Origin: an uncultured Clostridia bacterium
GTDB lineage: Bacteria; CAYTYR01; UBA6262
DNA: 64,000 nucleotides
Assembly (NCBI GenBank): GCA_964441745.1
Contig: CAYTYR010000012.1
Coordinates: 1 to 64,000, forward strand
Reading direction: 5' to 3'
A program made the position numbers and the translations under genes. The first letter of the stretch is position 1. Every line of letters starts with the position of its first letter. This document shows, one piece after another, positions 9,561 to 20,188 of the stretch. Below the pieces are notes generated by a model. The model was not told the origin of the DNA and searched no databases. It saw only the letters and a program-made list of their open reading frames with translations.

Positions 9561-10516
9561 ACTTTCTCCCGCCAGTAATTCAGCAAGTCTTCCATCGTTT
9601 GCTTAAATGGGATCTCTGGTTTCCAGCCGGTTTGTTTCATGAATTTGGAGTTATCACCATACAGTATCATCACGTCGCTTGGGCGCAACCTGGCCGGGTC
9701 TTCTTTGACTTTAATCTTATCTTTCATGGTAGAAAAACCAATCAAAGTATTAAGCATATCCTTGATGCTAATGGTAGTATTGGAGCAGATATTGTAAACT
9801 TCTCCCGGTTCGCATTTTTCTGTAGCCAGCCAGTACCCTCGGACGATATCGCGCACATCAGTGAAGTCCCTCTTGGCATCAAGGTTACCGACATAAATAA
9901 CCGGCTCACGTTTGCCTTTTTCTATTTCCGCGATCTGCTTGGCAAAATTACTGGTCACAAAATTCTCACCACGCCGGGGTCCGGTATGGTTAAAAGCCCT
10001 GGTCCGCACAGTCTTTAATTTGTAACTCTGGCAATACTGGTATCCCAAAAGATCCTGGGCGACCTTGCTCACTGCATATGGTGATAAGGGCCGCAGCTGA
10101 TTAGTTTCCTTGATTGGCACCTCATCAGGATAGACCATCCCATATTCTTCACTGGAGCAGGCTAATTGAATCCAAGGATCAAGATGTAATTGACGGACTG
10201 CTTCAAAAATATTCAATTGCCCGAGAATATTAGTGTTGAGCGTCTCCGCCGGCGCATTCCAGCTAGTCGGCACAAAACTTTGGGCTGCCAAATGAAATAT
10301 TTTATCCGGCTTGGTGCGTTCCAGTACTTTCATCACTGAACTAAAATCAGTCATGTCAAATTCCTGGTAATCAAACTTCCCCATTAAATGACTAATATTA
10401 TCTTTTTTAGTATACCAGCGGTCCACACCGATGATTTCAACACCTTTCTGCTTAAGCAAAAATTCCACCATATGGCTGCCCACAAATCCTGCTACTCCGG
10501 TAATTAAGCATTTCAT
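9554..10516 (-). CDS. GDP-mannose 4,6-dehydratase/RMD-like extended SDR
   Basis: TGVAGFVGSH, HLAAQSFV, SSEEYG, SPYAVSK, FNHTGPRR, GNLDAKRDFTDVRD. Confidence 0.85.
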   Translation of the reverse strand: MKCLITGVAGFVGSHMVEFLLKQKGVEIIGVDRWYTKKDNISHLMGKFDYQEFDMTDFSSVMKVLERTKPDKIFHLAAQSFVPTSWNAPAETLNTNILGQLNIFEAVRQLHLDPWIQLACSSEEYGMVYPDEVPIKETNQLRPLSPYAVSKVAQDLLGYQYCQSYKLKTVRTRAFNHTGPRRGENFVTSNFAKQIAEIEKGKREPVIYVGNLDAKRDFTDVRDIVRGYWLATEKCEPGEVYNICSNTTISIKDMLNTLIGFSTMKDKIKVKEDPARLRPSDVMILYGDNSKFMKQTGWKPEIPFKQTMEDLLNYWREKVS

Positions 10517-10536
10517 GCTGATCTACTCCTTCTCGT

Positions 10537-12825
10537 TTATTTTCTCCTAATATTCCATTCTTCTTCCATCACATCACCAGATACCCGCTGGGAATGGAAG
10601 AAACTCATCTTCCGTTCCGGGAATACTTTCAGATTAAACCGCACAAATACTTCTTCTTCCAACTGATACTTAGTCCAGGATAACAACATTTCCCAGCAAT
10701 GCAGATCACGGAATAATTGCACACTACGCTCGGTGATCTTCGCTCCGGTTATTTTTAGCCGCTCATTACCTACACGATATTTCGTATGAAAATTAAGCTG
10801 CCAATTCTCAGACAGCCAGAACCCCACATCATTTTGGACATCCAAATTACCCGGATCATTTTTTAAATAGCTGGTCAAAAGCGACGCACTCCATCTATTT
10901 TTGGCCAAACGCAGATCGGTACCCAGCCGCTGGGTATTTTTATTAACGATATTATATTCTTCAGTCCCAGTGACCGTGACCCAGTCATTTGGGGTAATGG
11001 TCAAGGTATTGACCAAATTACTAAACCGCTCCTTCCGGTTAACCGGGAAATAACCATTGTGAATCAGATTATAGCTAATACTGGAGCGCAGCCGGATCAA
11101 TTGTTTCCGGGAGATCACAACTATTGGATCAGCCGTCGAATATTTTTGCAATATTGAATTAACATTAGATTTAGGAGCATATTGGCTTAATTCCTGACCC
11201 AGGAGATCTAACTGCGGACTATTTATAGTAATTGGCGACGGATTCCTCGGGCCGGAATCTGACTTCCGGTTTTGCCAGGGATATTTTTCCGGTCTTACCG
11301 GTAGAGCTTTGGTAGTTTTTATTTTCCTGGCAAACCTGAATTCGATCGCAGTCGAAGCCCGGTTAGCGAGCACTCCCTGGGCCTCATCCGGCCGGGACTT
11401 AAATTCCTCGGTATAATTATGCGCCAGGTCCCAATCTACATTATCAGTTACCCGGGTACGCAGGTTCAAATTCGTAAAGTATTGTGTCCGCAATACATTC
11501 TTGGTAACCAGCTTGTCAACCCGGTCCCGCCAGACCTCTGCTAAACCAACCTGCGGAGTCAAGGACATATTGCGGGTAAGACCAAGCCTGTTGGTCAGGG
11601 TAATATTGGTATTGCCATCCCAGAGATGATAATCATTGTTCCGGGTATATCCTGTTTTAGTATCCAGGTTATAGGTAAAATACAAAGGAGCTTTACGTGA
11701 ATAACTCCAGGGCAGCCGCATCTGGTTGGTACTAAAACTTAACCGCGGAGCATAGACATAATCTGGCTTATATTTTTGTTCTGCTTCGTTCCAAATATCG
11801 CGTCTTTCTCCTAAAATCCTGAACGTATAATTTTTTTCCAGCTTGCTTAGCGCTAAAAATGAAGTAATATCATTGTTCACCTGGCGCCAGGATTCTTCCT
11901 CATAACGCTTCTGGAAAGTCTCGTCGCTTTGCACTTTGGCCTTAGCCTGTACGATCCAGGTAGGATCCAGCCGCTGCCAGTGGGAAACTATGGCATTCCA
12001 GCGTGAGGCTTCCGGCAAAATAGGCGGCTCCAACCGCTCTCTCTGGCGAATATGATAGTAGTATAATGAACCAGTCATCCGGTCAGGATAATTATATTCG
12101 ACCTGCGCACCCTTACCCCAACCCAGATATTCCAGATAATCAAGATATAGTTTCCCGAATATATTATCAGTTAAATGATAACCATATACGATCTTGGCAA
12201 AATCACCTTCTGTGCTGTTATGACCGACATAAATATTCAAGGTATATTTCTTGTTTTTCAACGACTGGTAATAGACCGGAAAATATAATACCGGGAGATC
12301 GCCAATATAGAACCGGGCGTGGTGGCAGATCAAATATTTCTTGGGATACACAGCGATCCGGCTGGCCCTGATCTGGTAATGCGGCTGTTCCAAGTCGCAG
12401 GTAGTCATATAACCTGTGGGCAGGTACATTTTTTCCGGTCCCTGACGCTCCATTTTTGGCCCGGTGATGTACCATTTATACGAATATATTTTCCCGTAGG
12501 AAAGGATACCATGTTTGGTTTGCAGGTTATAGGTGACAGACTCCCCGCTCAAATCCTGGGTTTTATCTTTACCAATAACATGCCCCACCGCAGTCACAGT
12601 TTCTTCTTTTAAATTGTAAAAGATCTCATCAGCCTCCAGATACATATCCCCAGAGGTTACCTGGACATGGCCGGTACCGTAGACCAGATCTTTTTGCTTC
12701 TGGTATTCCAGGTAATCAGCCTTGATCTCAACACTGTCCTCTGCTTGTTCAGCTGCCGCCTCTACTAAAAAAAAAGAATTGAGGATTATTAAAAAGGCAA
12801 TTATGCCTCTTACCTTATTGGCCAT
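10537..12825 (-). CDS. lptD: LPS-assembly outer-membrane protein LptD-like
   Basis: Signal peptide, OstA-like N-terminus (IKADYLEY...G.V), TTC..PHY, C-terminal RDLHCWE. Confidence 0.8.
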   Translation of the reverse strand: MANKVRGIIAFLIILNSFFLVEAAAEQAEDSVEIKADYLEYQKQKDLVYGTGHVQVTSGDMYLEADEIFYNLKEETVTAVGHVIGKDKTQDLSGESVTYNLQTKHGILSYGKIYSYKWYITGPKMERQGPEKMYLPTGYMTTCDLEQPHYQIRASRIAVYPKKYLICHHARFYIGDLPVLYFPVYYQSLKNKKYTLNIYVGHNSTEGDFAKIVYGYHLTDNIFGKLYLDYLEYLGWGKGAQVEYNYPDRMTGSLYYYHIRQRERLEPPILPEASRWNAIVSHWQRLDPTWIVQAKAKVQSDETFQKRYEEESWRQVNNDITSFLALSKLEKNYTFRILGERRDIWNEAEQKYKPDYVYAPRLSFSTNQMRLPWSYSRKAPLYFTYNLDTKTGYTRNNDYHLWDGNTNITLTNRLGLTRNMSLTPQVGLAEVWRDRVDKLVTKNVLRTQYFTNLNLRTRVTDNVDWDLAHNYTEEFKSRPDEAQGVLANRASTAIEFRFARKIKTTKALPVRPEKYPWQNRKSDSGPRNPSPITINSPQLDLLGQELSQYAPKSNVNSILQKYSTADPIVVISRKQLIRLRSSISYNLIHNGYFPVNRKERFSNLVNTLTITPNDWVTVTGTEEYNIVNKNTQRLGTDLRLAKNRWSASLLTSYLKNDPGNLDVQNDVGFWLSENWQLNFHTKYRVGNERLKITGAKITERSVQLFRDLHCWEMLLSWTKYQLEEEVFVRFNLKVFPERKMSFFHSQRVSGDVMEEEWNIRRK

Positions 12826-12828
12826 TGC

Positions 12829-13779
12829 TCATTCGCTTAACGCCAGCATTGCCGCCCCAATCACTCCAGCTTCTTCACCCAGCTTCGCCCGTACGATCTT
12901 GACATCATGCAGTGACACGGCCAGAGCCCGCTCCTGAATGGTTTTCATCATAGGATCTAAGATTAACTTGCCGGCGTTGGCTACTCCTCCTCCGATAATG
13001 ATCTTATCCGGGTTAAAAACATTGATCAAACTGGCCACCCCTACCCCCAGGTACATCCCTGTTTCCTGCCATAGTTCCAGCGCCAAGGCATCTTTATAGA
13101 ACGCGGCTTCTTCCAGGACCTTAGGAGTAATTTTAGAAAGGCTCCCTTCGACGATCTTGGTAACAATGCTTTTTCGGCCGGCTTTTAATTTTTCAATACA
13201 ACGTTCCCTGATATGCGGAGCTCCGACATAGGCCTCCATGCAGCCGTGATTGCCGCAATTACATTTCCGGCCTTTGGATTCGACCGTAATATGGCCGATC
13301 TCCCCGGCTCCCCCGCCAGCGCCGCGGTAGATCTTGCCGTTAATGATTATGCCTCCGCCTACGCCTGTACCCAGGGTTACGCAAATGATACTGTTCGCCC
13401 CCTTACCTGCGCCGAACAAATATTCGCCGTAGCAGGCAACATTAGCGTCATTATCTATTAACACCGGCACCTTACATTCTTTTTTGAGTTCTTTCACAAT
13501 AGCGATATTGCGCCAGTGCAGGTTAGGAGAAAACTGGATCACGCCTTTAACGTGATCGATCTGCCCGGCCGCGCCGATACCTGCCCCGATAATTTGACTG
13601 CAGCTGATATTCCGGACCAGCGCCTTGATATTCTCGATGATAGTCTTAATAACAAAACTGGCATCCCTATCTGCCTGTGTGGAGATCTTTATTTTATCCT
13701 TGATCTTGCCTTTAAGGTCAACCAGAGCAATAGTGATATTCGTGCCACCCAAGTCAACGCCAATACAGTATTTGGACAT
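12829..13779 (-). CDS. ROK-family sugar kinase (glucokinase)
   Basis: GVDLGGT, DNDAN, LGTGVGGG, AGEIGH, CNCGNHGCME. Confidence 0.92.
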   Translation of the reverse strand: MSKYCIGVDLGGTNITIALVDLKGKIKDKIKISTQADRDASFVIKTIIENIKALVRNISCSQIIGAGIGAAGQIDHVKGVIQFSPNLHWRNIAIVKELKKECKVPVLIDNDANVACYGEYLFGAGKGANSIICVTLGTGVGGGIIINGKIYRGAGGGAGEIGHITVESKGRKCNCGNHGCMEAYVGAPHIRERCIEKLKAGRKSIVTKIVEGSLSKITPKVLEEAAFYKDALALELWQETGMYLGVGVASLINVFNPDKIIIGGGVANAGKLILDPMMKTIQERALAVSLHDVKIVRAKLGEEAGVIGAAMLALSE

Positions 13780-13791
13780 CAGCCACCCCAA

Positions 13792-13878
13792 TAAAATACA
13801 AATTCTAAATTACAAATTCTAAATTCGAAATTAATAGCATTAAATCGGTGTAATCTCTTTTTGTAATCGGTGTAATCT
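13792..13878. repeat. Family C heptamer array followed by two AATCGGTGTAATC (family E) units
   Basis: aaataca aattcta aattaca aattcta aattcga aatt; then aatcggtgtaatc twice. Confidence 0.75.
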
Positions 13879-13882
13879 TTTT

Positions 13883-15001
13883 CTAAATGATGGTTTTTTC
13901 CGTCTCCGCGTCAAAGATATGGATCTTGTTCATATTAAAGACCACTTCCAGGTCTTTTTCCACTTCTGCTTTCACATGTGAATCAAGTTTGGCCAGGAAC
14001 AGATTATTACCAGTGGATAGATGGACATTTAACTCGCTTCCCATCGGCTCGATCACATCTACTTTCATCTTGACCGGGCAACAACCAGGGATACTGCGGG
14101 CAAAGAATTTGTCGTAAATATCTTCCGGCCGGATTCCGAACACTACCTTCTTATCTACACAGTTTACCAACAGGTCTGAGATCGGGCTGTTGATCTTCAA
14201 GCTGAGTTTGCCTTCTTCCAGGTACAAACCATCACCTTTTTTCACTACGGTGCATTCTATGAAGTTCATCGGAGGACTGCCGATAAAGCCAGCCACAAAT
14301 TTATTCACTGGTTTATCATAAAGAGTCAAAGGATCAGCTATTTGCTGGATCAAACCGTCTTTCATGACGACGATCCTGTCACCCATAGTCATGGCTTCGA
14401 TCTGGTCGTGGGTTACATAGATAATGGTGGCATCCAGCTTGCGGTGTATTTTCTTAATTTCAGTCCGCATCTGCACCCGCAGTTTAGCATCCAGGTTACT
14501 GAGAGGTTCATCAAATAAAAACACTTTCGGCCTTCTGACAATAGCCCGGCCGACAGCTACTCGCTGTCTTTGTCCCCCTGACAGCGCTTTTGGCTTCCGG
14601 TTCAAGAGATGGGTAATGCTCAATATCTCGGCAGCTTCTTCCACTCTTTGTTTGATCTCATTTTTAGGCAATTTACGCAGTTTCAGGCCAAATGCCATAT
14701 TATTAAAAACAGTCATGTGCGGATACAGGGCATAGTTCTGGAAAACCATGGCAATGTTCCGGTCCTTGGGCTGCATATTATTGACCATCGTATCACCGAT
14801 CCAGATCTCTCCTTCAGTAGACTCTTCCAATCCTGCGACCATACGCAAGGTTGTGGTTTTGCCGCAGCCTGAAGGACCGACAAAGATACAAAACTCCTTA
14901 TCCTTGATCTCCAGGTTAAAATCTTTTACCGCCCAGACATCTTCGCCGCTTTTTTTGCTTTTAAATAGCTTCCCTACGTGTTTTAACACTACATCAGCCA
15001 T
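13883..15001 (-). CDS. Sugar ABC transporter ATP-binding protein (MsmX/UgpC/MalK family)
   Basis: GPSGCGKT, LSGGQRQRVA, FDEPLSNLD, VTHDQ, TOBE-type C-terminus. Confidence 0.95.
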   Translation of the reverse strand: MADVVLKHVGKLFKSKKSGEDVWAVKDFNLEIKDKEFCIFVGPSGCGKTTTLRMVAGLEESTEGEIWIGDTMVNNMQPKDRNIAMVFQNYALYPHMTVFNNMAFGLKLRKLPKNEIKQRVEEAAEILSITHLLNRKPKALSGGQRQRVAVGRAIVRRPKVFLFDEPLSNLDAKLRVQMRTEIKKIHRKLDATIIYVTHDQIEAMTMGDRIVVMKDGLIQQIADPLTLYDKPVNKFVAGFIGSPPMNFIECTVVKKGDGLYLEEGKLSLKINSPISDLLVNCVDKKVVFGIRPEDIYDKFFARSIPGCCPVKMKVDVIEPMGSELNVHLSTGNNLFLAKLDSHVKAEVEKDLEVVFNMNKIHIFDAETEKTII

Positions 15002-15048
15002 GTTTACTCTCCTTTTTAAAACGATTACACAGATTATAAATACAGATT

Positions 15049-16335
15049 CTATTCTTTACTATGGTCTAATAAAAGTATTTTACGGGCTTCACCGACAGTA
15101 TATAATGAACCGGTGACAGTCACCAGGTCTTTTTTGCCGGACAGTTTCAGCGCCTTTCTTATAGCTTGCGGGATAGAATCGGCTATTAATACCGGGATAT
15201 TGCCCGGCCATAATTTCTTAATTCTTTGCGGAACCAAAGCCCTATTTGAGCCGGGCCGCACCAGGATGACCTGCTCCGTTAATGGAGCGATGATCTTAAT
15301 CATCTGGTTATAATCTTTATCCTTCAAAACGCCAAAGACTAACACAACTTTGCCGCTGCCGGATTTCCAGTGTTCCAGATAAGCAGCCAAAGATCTCATC
15401 CCGGCTGGATTATGGGCGCCGTCAATAAGAACAGTTCGCAGATGGCGGTCGGCAGACGGCAGTTTAAAGACTTCCAATCTACCGGGCCAGAAAGCCCGCG
15501 CTAATCCCTGTTTCACTGACTTTTCTGATATTTTGAAACCTTGCTGGCGTAATTCCTTGATCACACCCACAGCGCAAGCGGCATTTACCTTCTGATGCGA
15601 TCCTTGGAGGCCGATTTTCCAGCCCGCCGGAATTTTTATAGTTTTGTCTGCCCTGACCAGCCTGGCTTTTTTCTTCCGGCATTGTTCTTTGAGTACGGCC
15701 AACACTTCAGGCTGCGTTACTGCTGTAACCACTATCCCGTCTGTTTTAATAATAGCCGCTTTTTCGCCGGCGATCTTTCTTAAAGTATTACCCAGATACT
15801 CAGTATGGTCATAATCCACATTAGTGATCACTGTTACCAGCGGGCTTTTTATTACATTAGTAGCGTCAAGCCGGCCGCCCATACCTGTTTCAATAATAGC
15901 CAGATCAACCTTTTCACGTTCAAAATATATATACGCAACCGCGGTAAGCAATTCAAAATAAGTCAGCTTTATCCGCCGAGAATCACAAACTTTTCTTACT
16001 TCACAGATCAAGCCGGCAAAAATGGCCTGGTTGATATTCTGCCCGTTTATCTGTATCCTTTCCGTCACCTCTGTTAAGTGCGGCGAGGTATATAATCCCA
16101 CCCTGTATCCGGCTGGCTGCAAGATACTGGATAAAAATGCGCAAACCGAACCTTTACCATTAGTCCCAGCTACATGGACCACTTTTAACCGGTCCTGGGG
16201 TATATCGAAAACCTCCAGTACTTTGGTTATTCTGGTCAAGTCAAATTTCACCCCGAGCACAGCCAGGCTTTCCAGATAGCGGATGGCGTCTTTAAAAGAA
16301 CTTATTTTTTTATAGTAACACATCGGATTACTCAA
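15049..16335 (-). CDS. folC: Folylpolyglutamate synthase/dihydrofolate synthase
   Basis: HVAGTNGKGS, YTSPHL, ETGMGGRLDATN, WPGRLE, DGAHN, GSLY. Confidence 0.95.
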   Translation of the reverse strand: MSNPMCYYKKISSFKDAIRYLESLAVLGVKFDLTRITKVLEVFDIPQDRLKVVHVAGTNGKGSVCAFLSSILQPAGYRVGLYTSPHLTEVTERIQINGQNINQAIFAGLICEVRKVCDSRRIKLTYFELLTAVAYIYFEREKVDLAIIETGMGGRLDATNVIKSPLVTVITNVDYDHTEYLGNTLRKIAGEKAAIIKTDGIVVTAVTQPEVLAVLKEQCRKKKARLVRADKTIKIPAGWKIGLQGSHQKVNAACAVGVIKELRQQGFKISEKSVKQGLARAFWPGRLEVFKLPSADRHLRTVLIDGAHNPAGMRSLAAYLEHWKSGSGKVVLVFGVLKDKDYNQMIKIIAPLTEQVILVRPGSNRALVPQRIKKLWPGNIPVLIADSIPQAIRKALKLSGKKDLVTVTGSLYTVGEARKILLLDHSKE

Positions 16336-16398
16336 CTACAATTCCTTTTATACTGCAGTTGCCAGTCAAAGTTAAAAACAGTTATTAGCTTTATGTTT

Positions 16399-16490
16399 TG
16401 GAAGTAAGTTTGGTCTAAGGTCTTTGGGTGTTAGGCTCCAAACCAAAAACTTCAGACTTACTTCCATACCTACTTCTACAACCTTCACCC
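16399..16490. repeat. Palindromic element with roughly 6-nt periodic arms
   Basis: tggaagtaagtttg (16399) versus cagacttacttcca (16453), 13/14 inverted match, followed by acctac ttctac aacctt. Confidence 0.6.
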
Positions 16491-16492
16491 TA

Positions 16493-17314
16493 TTACCCTT
16501 TATAAAGATAATCAAGCAATTTATCGATAGTATCTTTCAGGTTTCTCCGTTCTACAACCATATCTACCATGCCGTGAGTTACCAGGAATTCAGAACGCTG
16601 GAATCCCGGCGGTAATTGCTGACGAATAGTCTGTTCAATTACCCGGGGGCCGGCAAAACCGATCAGAGCTTTTGGTTCAGCCAAATTTATATCCCCCATC
16701 ATGGAAAAACTGGCAGTTACTCCGCCAGTCGTTGGGTTAGCCATGACTGATATATAGGGTAACTTATTTTCTCCCAGTTTGGCCAGGGCCGCGCAGGTTT
16801 TGGCCATCTGCATCAGCGACAAAATACTTTCCTGCATCCTGGCGCCGCCGCTTACTGAAACAATGACCACTGGCAGCCTTTTAGCAATCGCTTTTTCCAC
16901 CATCCGGGAGATCTTTTCCCCTACTACCGACCCCATACTGCCGCCCAAAAAACTAAAATCCAGCAGTCCAACTCCAACCCGATGGCGGCCAATATCACCG
17001 ATTCCGGTAATGATCGCTTCATTAAGGCCGCTCTTCTTGGTATTATCCCTGAGCCGGTCTTTGTATTTTTTCAGGTCATTGAATTCCAGCGGATCGCAGG
17101 GTTTCATATGCGCATCTAATTCAACAAAAGTCTTCTTTAGGCATAATTGCGCCAACCGGTCCCTGGCTGATAAGGTAAAATGATAATCGCATTTAGGGCA
17201 AACTTTCAGGTTTTTTTCCAAGTCTTTGTTAAAAATGATCTGGGTACAGCCTGGGCACTTGGTCCACAAACCTTCAGGCACATTTGTCTTTTTCTTTGGA
17301 TTTTTTACCGCCAT
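16493..17314 (-). CDS. accD: Acetyl-CoA carboxylase carboxyltransferase beta subunit
   Basis: LWTKCPGC...CPKC zinc finger, GGSMGSVVGE, SGGARMQE, PTTGGV. Confidence 0.95.
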   Translation of the reverse strand: MAVKNPKKKTNVPEGLWTKCPGCTQIIFNKDLEKNLKVCPKCDYHFTLSARDRLAQLCLKKTFVELDAHMKPCDPLEFNDLKKYKDRLRDNTKKSGLNEAIITGIGDIGRHRVGVGLLDFSFLGGSMGSVVGEKISRMVEKAIAKRLPVVIVSVSGGARMQESILSLMQMAKTCAALAKLGENKLPYISVMANPTTGGVTASFSMMGDINLAEPKALIGFAGPRVIEQTIRQQLPPGFQRSEFLVTHGMVDMVVERRNLKDTIDKLLDYLYKG

Positions 17315-17330
17315 GTTCACCTCATTAATC

Positions 17331-17435
17331 AAGTGCGCTTATAGCTTATAGCTTATAGCTTATAGCTTATGACATTTCAATTACTGCTCGCTTCCTTGCT
17401 TTTGCCATATGCTATATGCCATTAGCCATTTGCGC
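17331..17435. repeat. Family B element (empty); right arm contains the trpA stop
   Basis: aagtgc (gcttata)x4 gcttatg ... gccatat gctatat gccatta gccattt gc. Confidence 0.9.
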
Positions 17436-18216
17436 TTTTCAAACTATGGACAAACTTGCCAACTTTCGCGACTAAATCCTTTTTCCCGATATTCTTTTCA
17501 ATGATACTGACGATCGCGCTGCCGACTATGACCCCGTCAAACCAGGCGAAAAGTTGCTGCACCTGCCGGGCATTGGAAACGCCAAAACCAACAGCAACAG
17601 GTTGTTTAATATAGCGCCTAAGTTCCCGGGCATGATTAGCAATATCCTGCGGCAAACTAGCCCTGGCTCCGGTTATACCGGTAACTGACACATAATATAC
17701 AAAACCGGCAGATTCTTTACTTATTAATCCTAATCGTTTTCCGCTGGTGAGCGGCGAAACTAAATATATTGGATCAAGATGATGTTTTTTTAGTATCCTG
17801 CCGGCTTCCCTGCCGCTTTCCGGCAATAAGTCAGGAATAATAAAGCCATCTACTCCAGACTTCACTGCCGCTTGGGCCAGTTTTTCCAAGCCAAACTGGT
17901 AAACCGGATTAAAATAGGTCATTAATAATATCGGGATCTGGCTTTTTTGCCTGATCTTGCGTACCAAGCCAAGAATGTCGCCGAGAGAAGTACCGTTTTT
18001 TAATGAACGCAGCGCGGCCCGCTGGATAGTCGGGCCATCAGCGATCGGGTCACTGAAAGGGACACCCAATTCGATAATATCTGCCCCGTTCTTCTCCAGT
18101 TCAAGAACCAGCTCGCCTGTTGCGTGCAGGGTCGGGTCTCCGGCGCAAATATAGGTGATCAGCGCCTTCTTATGCTGTTTTTTTAATTCTTTGAATTTAG
18201 CTTCAATTCGGTTCAT
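17422..18216 (-). CDS. trpA: Tryptophan synthase alpha chain
   Basis: [32 protein letters not shown] 18216 overlaps the trpB TGA. Confidence 0.96.
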   Translation of the reverse strand: MNRIEAKFKELKKQHKKALITYICAGDPTLHATGELVLELEKNGADIIELGVPFSDPIADGPTIQRAALRSLKNGTSLGDILGLVRKIRQKSQIPILLMTYFNPVYQFGLEKLAQAAVKSGVDGFIIPDLLPESGREAGRILKKHHLDPIYLVSPLTSGKRLGLISKESAGFVYYVSVTGITGARASLPQDIANHARELRRYIKQPVAVGFGVSNARQVQQLFAWFDGVIVGSAIVSIIEKNIGKKDLVAKVGKFVHSLKSANG

Positions 18217-19433
18217 ACGCTTGCTCTCGACGCTCGACGTTCGACGCATACTTCTTGCGTTTCCCTTCGCATGATCTGTTCCATATCTTTATCCCCGCGG
18301 CCGGAAAGGCAGACAATGATGATCTTGTTCTTATCCAGTTTGGGAGCGATTTTTTTCAAATAAGCCAAAGCGTGAGAACTCTCTAACGCCGGCAAGATGC
18401 CTTCCTGCCTGGCCAGCAGGTCAAACGCAGTCAGCGCTTCCTGGTCTGTGGCGTTGACATATTCAGCCCGGCCGGTGTATTTATAATAACTGTGCTCCGG
18501 CCCCACACCCGGATAATCCAGTCCGGCGGCAATAGAATGTGTCGGAGAAACCTGACCATTCTTATCCTGTAATAAATAAGATTTAGAACCATGCAGGATA
18601 CCGATAGTGCCTTTAGCCATAGTCGCGGCAGTATGCGGTTTGTTCACCCCTGCTCCTGCTGCTTCCACGCCGATAAATTTTACTTTTTTATCATTATAAA
18701 ACGGATAAAACAGGCCAATGGCATTACTGCCGCCATTAACGCAAGCCAGTAAATAATCAGGTAACCGCTTTTCCGCTTTTAAGATCTGCTTTTTCGCTTC
18801 CCGTCCGATCACTGTCTGCAAATCCCTGACGATCATTGGAAATGGATGCGGCCCGGCACAAGACCCCAGCATATAATGCGTCGTACGCACATTAGCCACC
18901 CAATCTCTCAGGGCCTCATTCATTGCGTCTTTCAAGGTCTGGGTACCACTGGTCACGGAAATCACTTTTGTGCCCAGTTTTTGCATCCGGTACACATTCA
19001 GTTTCTGCCGTTCTATATCCTCCGCGCCCATATAGACTTCACCCTGTAATTTAAACAAAGCAGCGACAGTAGCCACGGCTACACCATGCTGCCCGGCGCC
19101 GGTCTCGGCAATGATTCTTTTCTTCCCCATGCGTAAAGTCAGCAGGGCTTGTCCGATCGTATTGTTGATTTTATGAGCGCCGGTATGGGCCAAGTCTTCC
19201 CGTTTTAAGTAAATCTTGGCGCCGCCATACAGGCTGGTCAGGTTCCGGGCAAAATACAATGGCGTGGGACGGCCGGCATATTCCGTCAGGTAATAAGCCA
19301 GTTCTTTTTTAAAGGCGGCATTGTTCTTAACCTGGCGGTAAATTGTTTCCAACTCAGCCAGCGCCGGCATCAATGTTTCCGGCACATACTGTCCGCCAAA
19401 AGGCCCAAAATATCCATTCTTGTCTGGTAACAT
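18213..19433 (-). CDS. trpB: Tryptophan synthase beta chain (TrpB1)
   Basis: [42 protein letters not shown]. Confidence 0.97.
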   Translation of the reverse strand: MLPDKNGYFGPFGGQYVPETLMPALAELETIYRQVKNNAAFKKELAYYLTEYAGRPTPLYFARNLTSLYGGAKIYLKREDLAHTGAHKINNTIGQALLTLRMGKKRIIAETGAGQHGVAVATVAALFKLQGEVYMGAEDIERQKLNVYRMQKLGTKVISVTSGTQTLKDAMNEALRDWVANVRTTHYMLGSCAGPHPFPMIVRDLQTVIGREAKKQILKAEKRLPDYLLACVNGGSNAIGLFYPFYNDKKVKFIGVEAAGAGVNKPHTAATMAKGTIGILHGSKSYLLQDKNGQVSPTHSIAAGLDYPGVGPEHSYYKYTGRAEYVNATDQEALTAFDLLARQEGILPALESSHALAYLKKIAPKLDKNKIIIVCLSGRGDKDMEQIMRRETQEVCVERRASRASV

Positions 19434-19444
19434 AGTTTAAACTC

Positions 19445-19530
19445 CGCTTATGGCATATAGCTTATTGCTTATGGCAAAAACAACGATCTTTGCTTCTGCC
19501 ATCTGCCATTAGCCATACGCTAAATTGCGC
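19445..19530. repeat. Family B element (empty); contains the trpF stop
   Basis: gcttatg gcatata gcttatt gcttatg gcaaaaac...tttgcttct gccatct gccatta gccatac gcta. Confidence 0.9.
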
Positions 19531-20158
19531 TCTTTGCTTTTGTGATGAAGTCTTTCATTTTATCGTAATCTTTGCGCTTCGGCGAGCGTTCTATCCCGCT
19601 GGCTACATCCACACCGAAAGGTTTGACTTTGTCCGCCGCTTCCTGCACATTGTCCGGGGTTAGCCCGCCAGCCAGGAAAACAGGTTTCCCTAATTCCTTG
19701 GCCTTCACTGCCAGGTCCCAGTTAAAAGCAGCGCCGGTCCCGCCGGCGATATCTTCGACATAGGCGTCCAATAAAAAATAATCAGCGATTTCCAGGTATG
19801 ATCTCATGGTTTCTAATACAGTTTCGTCCTTCACCCTAAAAGCTTTGATTATTTTTATTCCGGGTATTGCTTCTTTCAGTTGCTGGCAATATTCGATCGT
19901 TTCTTCCCCATGCAACTGGATCAGAGCCAAATTTAATTTTTTTATCAGCTTGGTTATATTTTTACTGTCTTCATTGACAAAAACCCCAACACTGGAAACA
20001 AAAGGAGGGATTTCCTTCAGTATCTCTATAGCATTTTGGGGCGAAACCTTTCTTGGACTATCTTTATAGAAGTTTAATCCAATGAAATCCGCCCCTAAAT
20101 TAGCCGCCCAGGTCGCATCCTGCGCACAGGTTATGCCGCAAATTTTAATTTTTACCAA
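19520..20158 (-). CDS. trpF: Phosphoribosylanthranilate isomerase
   Basis: KICGIT, SPR, QLHG.E, GGTG, LAGGL, DVASGIE. Confidence 0.95.
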   Translation of the reverse strand: MVKIKICGITCAQDATWAANLGADFIGLNFYKDSPRKVSPQNAIEILKEIPPFVSSVGVFVNEDSKNITKLIKKLNLALIQLHGEETIEYCQQLKEAIPGIKIIKAFRVKDETVLETMRSYLEIADYFLLDAYVEDIAGGTGAAFNWDLAVKAKELGKPVFLAGGLTPDNVQEAADKVKPFGVDVASGIERSPKRKDYDKMKDFITKAKSAI

Positions 20159-20188
20159 TATACCATCCTATAATTTAGTTATTTCTTT

